Positions 25,418 through 29,242 of a DNA stretch of 29,242 nt are shown here, in pieces (positions within the stretch are counted from its first letter, which is position 1; every line of letters begins with the position of its first letter). A model generated the notes under the pieces. It saw nothing but the letters and a program-made list of their open reading frames with translations, had not been told where the DNA came from and searched no databases. Position numbers and translations under genes: made by a program. Origin of the DNA: a virus (Duplodnaviria; Caudoviricetes); the IMG/VR virus record IMGVR_UViG_3300033420_000031, positions 1 through 29,242 of that record, one strand, 5' to 3'.

Positions 25418-25858
25418 TTAGACTGGTGCGACATACTCGTGAGACGCACATACAGGTGTGTATGTGATTTTTAGTGTCTGCACATTATCCGTAGGCTTTG
25501 AGCGCTCAACCTTGGTTATCAAAGCGTCATACCAAAGTGATGCAGGGATGTTACCCGGATATACTGACAATAGTGAAAGCACAGTCTTGCTGACCAATGC
25601 AGTTCTTAGTGTGTCATAAGCTGTCTCCTCGAAAAGTATTTCAACTGTACCTTCGCTCTGGTCGATTTCTGCACCTACTTTACCCTTGTAACCATCGCCG
25701 TTTACGACTAAATAATCCTTTACGGCTACACTTGGCACAGGCTCTGTAGCGTCCAATATGTCCCCAAGTTTGTTAGCGTCTAAAATAACCGGCTGCACGC
25801 CTTTTGCGCCTTTGTACAGGTTATAACCTAATCCCGTCATTGCTGTTGCCATCTTCAT
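25418..25858 (-). CDS. Major tail tube protein
   Basis: About 144-146 aa (start 25858 or 25852), beta-rich, between the tail terminator and the chaperone. Confidence 0.75.
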   Translation of the reverse strand: MKMATAMTGLGYNLYKGAKGVQPVILDANKLGDILDATEPVPSVAVKDYLVVNGDGYKGKVGAEIDQSEGTVEILFEETAYDTLRTALVSKTVLSLLSVYPGNIPASLWYDALITKVERSKPTDNVQTLKITYTPVCASHEYVAPV

Positions 25859-25869
25859 CTTCCCCCTTA

Positions 25870-26283
25870 TTAGTTGTAAAATACTGTATAATTTAGGCTA
25901 AACACCGGTACGCCCGATGGATTTACCCCAAGTTGGTTTATATCGCCAAGTGCCTTATACTGCTGTATTTGAACACTGGCCGTGTCCTCTGATACTCTAA
26001 TATCGTGCGTTGTGTTGAGCGCTTTCTGTAAACCCTCTAACATCGCCATACATGCGTACACACCGGCTTCTGTGTTTTCACTCACTATGTTTAGCGTTAT
26101 TTGTGACTTTCGAGTTACATACTCCCCACCATTTATGATGCGTTTCTCAGGTACACCACCTTTGAAAAATACCCCTATTGACTTTAACTTGCCTATATCT
26201 TGCATACCGAACGATACCTTATAACCGGAGGGTATCAACCCCTTGATGTGGATGTATATCAACTTTATACTCGGTGTGCTCAT
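25870..26283 (-). CDS. Tail terminator / tail completion protein
   Basis: ATG 26283 after GGAGGG with ATGA overlap; C-terminal LG.N..G.PVFSLNY motif. Confidence 0.7.
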   Translation of the reverse strand: MSTPSIKLIYIHIKGLIPSGYKVSFGMQDIGKLKSIGVFFKGGVPEKRIINGGEYVTRKSQITLNIVSENTEAGVYACMAMLEGLQKALNTTHDIRVSEDTASVQIQQYKALGDINQLGVNPSGVPVFSLNYTVFYN

Positions 26284-26750
26284 ACGTAATCCCTCCAAGA
26301 TGCCCCACCACCGGAGATGGAGGCGGTTAGTTTTAGTGTGGTGGTTAGTTCAAGTGAGAGGTAAAAAGTAGGAATATTCGTTGCCCCGTATGACATTAAG
26401 AGTTCACCCATCGCCTGATTAAACGCGTCTGTAAGCCATTTTGCACGGGTGTTACCCATGTGGTAATTAGTCATTATCTCGTGCACATATCGAGCGTATA
26501 AGGCTGTGTACTCAATCCCGAACCCTGCCTCGTCTTCCTCATACAATACAGAATTTTTTAAGTTCCCCTTGTCCACCGGTACCCACTGTTGTGCTAGTTC
26601 CAATGTGCGCTTTCCTATGCGGTGTACTATTAGTGATTTGGTCTCTTGCGGCATCGTAGCGTCTGCTAATCTGCCCTGCTTGTATGCATCTAAGACTTCA
26701 ACCGAAACTTGCACCTCAACCACCACCCAAAGCGCCTGCGTATATGACAT
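26280..26750 (-). CDS. HK97 gp10-like neck/tail completion protein (start uncertain, probably a GTG near 26714-26723)
   Basis: VPVDKGNLKNS, YARYVHE, RAKWL motifs. Confidence 0.75.
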   Translation of the reverse strand: MSYTQALWVVVEVQVSVEVLDAYKQGRLADATMPQETKSLIVHRIGKRTLELAQQWVPVDKGNLKNSVLYEEDEAGFGIEYTALYARYVHEIMTNYHMGNTRAKWLTDAFNQAMGELLMSYGATNIPTFYLSLELTTTLKLTASISGGGASWRDYV

Positions 26751-27045
26751 AGGCTACGATTTTACCCCTTACATCTCTCAAAGGTTCAACCGCTTTTACC
26801 GGCATAAACCCATATCCATCTTCGGTGCAGGCGATTTCGTCTTGGCGGTTCATCTTGCGAGTTGTGATATACGCATAGTCGCTGGAATTCACTAATTCGT
26901 TGCCCGATGCCCTTACCCCTGCCTGTCCATCTGCTCGTACCAACAACTGCTCTTCAGGACCAAATATTGGCAAGTCGAGGTCTTCGCTTAGTCCTATCCG
27001 CGGCTTATATGCTACCCGTGTCTTAAAAGTGCCTTTTAGGTGCAT
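26716..27045 (-). CDS. Head closure / head-tail joining protein
   Basis: 109 aa, beta-rich, in the expected position; AGGCGGTG RBS. Confidence 0.65.
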   Translation of the reverse strand: MHLKGTFKTRVAYKPRIGLSEDLDLPIFGPEEQLLVRADGQAGVRASGNELVNSSDYAYITTRKMNRQDEIACTEDGYGFMPVKAVEPLRDVRGKIVAYVIYAGALGGG

Positions 27046-27060
27046 AAGTTCACCGCCTTT

Positions 27061-27516
27061 CTACTTGTTTACTGCATCCAAGATTCTGGTTACGTTTGTG
27101 TCTATCGTGTGCAACCGGCCGTTTATTTCGTCTGTCAGTTTTCTGTTTGTCTCTAAAAGACCCTTATTAACTGTTGTTCCGGTTTCTATCAAACCCGCTA
27201 CGCGGTTTAGGCTGTCAGATGACGCTTTGTTGCACTCCATAAACTTGGCGTCACGCTCTCTTGCCTCTGCTATCAAGCGGTCTTCACGCTCTCTGGCTTC
27301 TTGTAGCAACCTATCCTCGCGTTCTTTGGCCTCTGCCATCAGTTTATCTTCTCGCGCTTTTGACTCCGCCATCAGTTTATCTTCACGCGCTTTCGATTCT
27401 TTCAAATAATGTCTTACCAGGAACACAAGCGCTAAGCCCATAAATACTGCTAAAACCAGAGGAACCCCATACGTATTTGTTAGCGCTAATACGGACGATG
27501 CTGTTTCTGTCTCCAT
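27061..27516 (-). CDS. BhlA/UviB-like single-TM coiled-coil protein with 11-aa repeats
   Basis: ATG 27516 after GAGGGGG; TM YGVPLVLAVFMGLALVFLV followed by YLKESKAREDKL. Confidence 0.65.
   Translation of the reverse strand: METETASSVLALTNTYGVPLVLAVFMGLALVFLVRHYLKESKAREDKLMAESKAREDKLMAEAKEREDRLLQEAREREDRLIAEARERDAKFMECNKASSDSLNRVAGLIETGTTVNKGLLETNRKLTDEINGRLHTIDTNVTRILDAVNK
27248..27400 (-). repeat. 33-bp (11-aa) tandem coding repeat, about 5 units
   Basis: ESKAREDKLMA/ESKAREDKLMA/EAKEREDRLLQ/EAREREDRLIA/EARERD. Confidence 0.85.
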
Positions 27517-27562
27517 CTGCACATACCCCCTCATTTGTGTTGTATGTGCACCACAACCACGG

Positions 27563-28132
27563 CTACAGGCTTGTAACGCTGTCGGTTAGCCAATATCCCA
27601 AGTGGTAGCGCACACGGTCGTAATCATAAATGCCCGTCATAACTGCCTTTGTGCGCGGCGATGTTATATCATATGACCTGCTCGCCTTGCCTATCCCCTC
27701 ACTACGTACCGCTGACACTGTGCGTTCCCTGATATCTGCTACTAAATCCCCATCTATCGACAAGTGCGCCACGGCGTTAAGGATTTGCGCCTCTTGCGCT
27801 GCTTTCCACCCGTCTCCGGTTCCGCCTACGCCCTCTATCAAACTGCCGTCATACGATTGTGGCGTATAAGGTAGCCAGACTATACCGGGCATAGCGACAC
27901 TGTATTTTCGAGGAAACGCGAGTTTCTGTCCTGTGCCTTTTTTCCTGCCTTTATAAGACAAGTTTTGCAATGATGTTGCGCTTGCTATAAGGGCTTTTGT
28001 CTTATCCGTGTCGCTTGCATTAACCCACGCCTGCGCCTCTGTGCTTGAGTCCAGGTACTGCTCTTCTACGTAAGTGTTAGCCTCGGCAAGCGTTACGTAG
28101 GTATTAATATGTACTGTCAGTTCCGCTGCCAT
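27563..28132 (-). CDS. Head-tail adaptor (connector) protein
   Basis: NTYVTLAEANTY, W....D..K.KALI, YKG.K....Q.LAFPR motifs typical of adaptors. Confidence 0.8.
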   Translation of the reverse strand: MAAELTVHINTYVTLAEANTYVEEQYLDSSTEAQAWVNASDTDKTKALIASATSLQNLSYKGRKKGTGQKLAFPRKYSVAMPGIVWLPYTPQSYDGSLIEGVGGTGDGWKAAQEAQILNAVAHLSIDGDLVADIRERTVSAVRSEGIGKASRSYDITSPRTKAVMTGIYDYDRVRYHLGYWLTDSVTSL

Positions 28133-28142
28133 GTGCTACCCC

Positions 28143-28364
28143 CTACTTGGCCTTTTTCTTGGGTTGAACGCGGAGGATGTCCTCGACCTTAGGCATTGCA
28201 GAGCGGAATCTTTTCGCCATATCCTCGTCAGAGTACCTTATCGCGTTTCCGTCCTCGTCTGCCTCTACTTCATAGTCGCCCAGTTTTCGCATTGTTTCGA
28301 GTTGTTCCATATCAGTCTCTGCTATATAGCGTATCGTCCCGCTTGCATTTACTTTTATATACAT
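28143..28364 (-). CDS. Small hypothetical protein after the capsid gene
   Basis: GGAGG RBS; 73 aa with a basic tail. Confidence 0.7.
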   Translation of the reverse strand: MYIKVNASGTIRYIAETDMEQLETMRKLGDYEVEADEDGNAIRYSDEDMAKRFRSAMPKVEDILRVQPKKKAK

Positions 28365-28400
28365 TTTTTGTCCTCCGTTTGTGGTGGCTGTGTGGTTTGG

Positions 28401-28443
28401 TAGGTTAGGTGGTGCGCGGCTAAGCCGCGCACCACCTAACCTA
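28401..28443 (-). other. 20-bp perfect hairpin after the major capsid gene
   Basis: taggttaggtggtgcgcggc-taa-gccgcgcaccacctaaccta; no U-tract. Confidence 0.85.
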
Positions 28444-28457
28444 AGAGAAAGGAGAGA

Positions 28458-29242
28458 TTAAACCGCAGTTACAGCAAACAGTAAGCCCACTTGGTTGTTG
28501 TACTGCACGGAATCGTAGATGATACGTGTCTGGTAGGAGAAGGCATCTGCACGCTGATTAACGCCGATGTTCTCGAAGTTTACGGCGTAGCCTGTACCCT
28601 CGCTGATACCTGCAATTTCGGCGCTGACTTGTGCCTGTATGCCATCCAACAAAATAGCAGGTACGAGCAGGTTGTTAACCACGTGGCGCAAGCCAAAGTG
28701 GGACGCACCCTCCGCAACTACGAGAATGTGCACAGCCTTTGCGGCTCCGTCTGCTACCCAACCGCCTGCCTCTTGGCCTGCGCTGGTTCCGTCGAGGATA
28801 TCGACAAGTGTAACCATGCGGTTGTCAGGCACGCGAATTAATCTCAGGTTGTTGATTTCGTAGCACTTTGTGGTTATTACTAACCCGCCTGGTGTCTTGT
28901 AGGACACAACTGCGGCGTTAGCCAAAATGTGATTCGCTATCAAAGCGGCTTCGAGTACAGCGTAGACTGATGCGGAGATAAAGCAGTTGCTCATACCAGC
29001 ATACCCAGCGTTGTACATCTTCTGCTCCAAGGCTTTGAGAGTGTTTATGATATTTGTAGCGTCTACTGCCAATGCCGCTGTGGTAAAAGTGTTACCAACA
29101 GGCACTTTCGACATCAACTTAGCCACTGTCGTGGCATCCATTTCTGCGCCTATTGACTTCAAATTGGCCTTGGCGATGCGTACGCCGCCTAATTCCATAC
29201 CCTCTACAACTGCGTTGAACTCGTCAACTGCGTCAACGTTAC
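28458..29242 (-). CDS. Major capsid protein, C-terminal part (open to the window end)
   Basis: Frame is open from the window end (NVDAVDEFNAVVEGMEL...); AEMDA, IRVPDNRM, YQTRIIYD motifs; upstream of the adaptor genes. Confidence 0.85.
   Translation of the reverse strand, partial: NVDAVDEFNAVVEGMELGGVRIAKANLKSIGAEMDATTVAKLMSKVPVGNTFTTAALAVDATNIINTLKALEQKMYNAGYAGMSNCFISASVYAVLEAALIANHILANAAVVSYKTPGGLVITTKCYEINNLRLIRVPDNRMVTLVDILDGTSAGQEAGGWVADGAAKAVHILVVAEGASHFGLRHVVNNLLVPAILLDGIQAQVSAEIAGISEGTGYAVNFENIGVNQRADAFSYQTRIIYDSVQYNNQVGLLFAVTAV

Overview
The window is essentially one whole small (~29.2 kb) temperate, siphovirus-like phage of a Firmicutes (probably Clostridia-type) host, judged from strong GGAGG/GGGG RBSs, sigmaA-type promoters and the lysin C-terminus. 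It appears linearised from a circle inside the major capsid gene (N-terminus 220->1, remainder 29242->28458). Almost all genes are on the minus strand: Com-like Zn-finger, TerS, TerL, portal, protease/scaffold, capsid, head-tail genes, tail tube, frameshifted tail chaperones, tape measure, Dit/Tal, Gly-rich fibre, RBP and holin. An early/middle block of RHH/HTH proteins ends in the endolysin. The only plus-strand genes are a large serine integrase and a small serine resolvase/invertase. No replication enzyme or cI-type repressor is recognisable. The most interesting signals are mostly non-coding: (1) a Com-like Zn-finger gene followed by a GAGCC-repeat terminator that gates the late operon; (2) four tandem 28-bp 11-6-11 palindromes at 9777-9894; (3) a 27-bp inverted repeat plus an att-like palindrome between the two recombinases; (4) a duplicated late-promoter-like element, one copy followed by a ~480-nt purine-rich repeat-laden leader; (5) an apparently circularly permuted ALK/LTK-type Gly-rich domain in the tail fibre. 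All family calls come from motif recognition by eye, not database searches.
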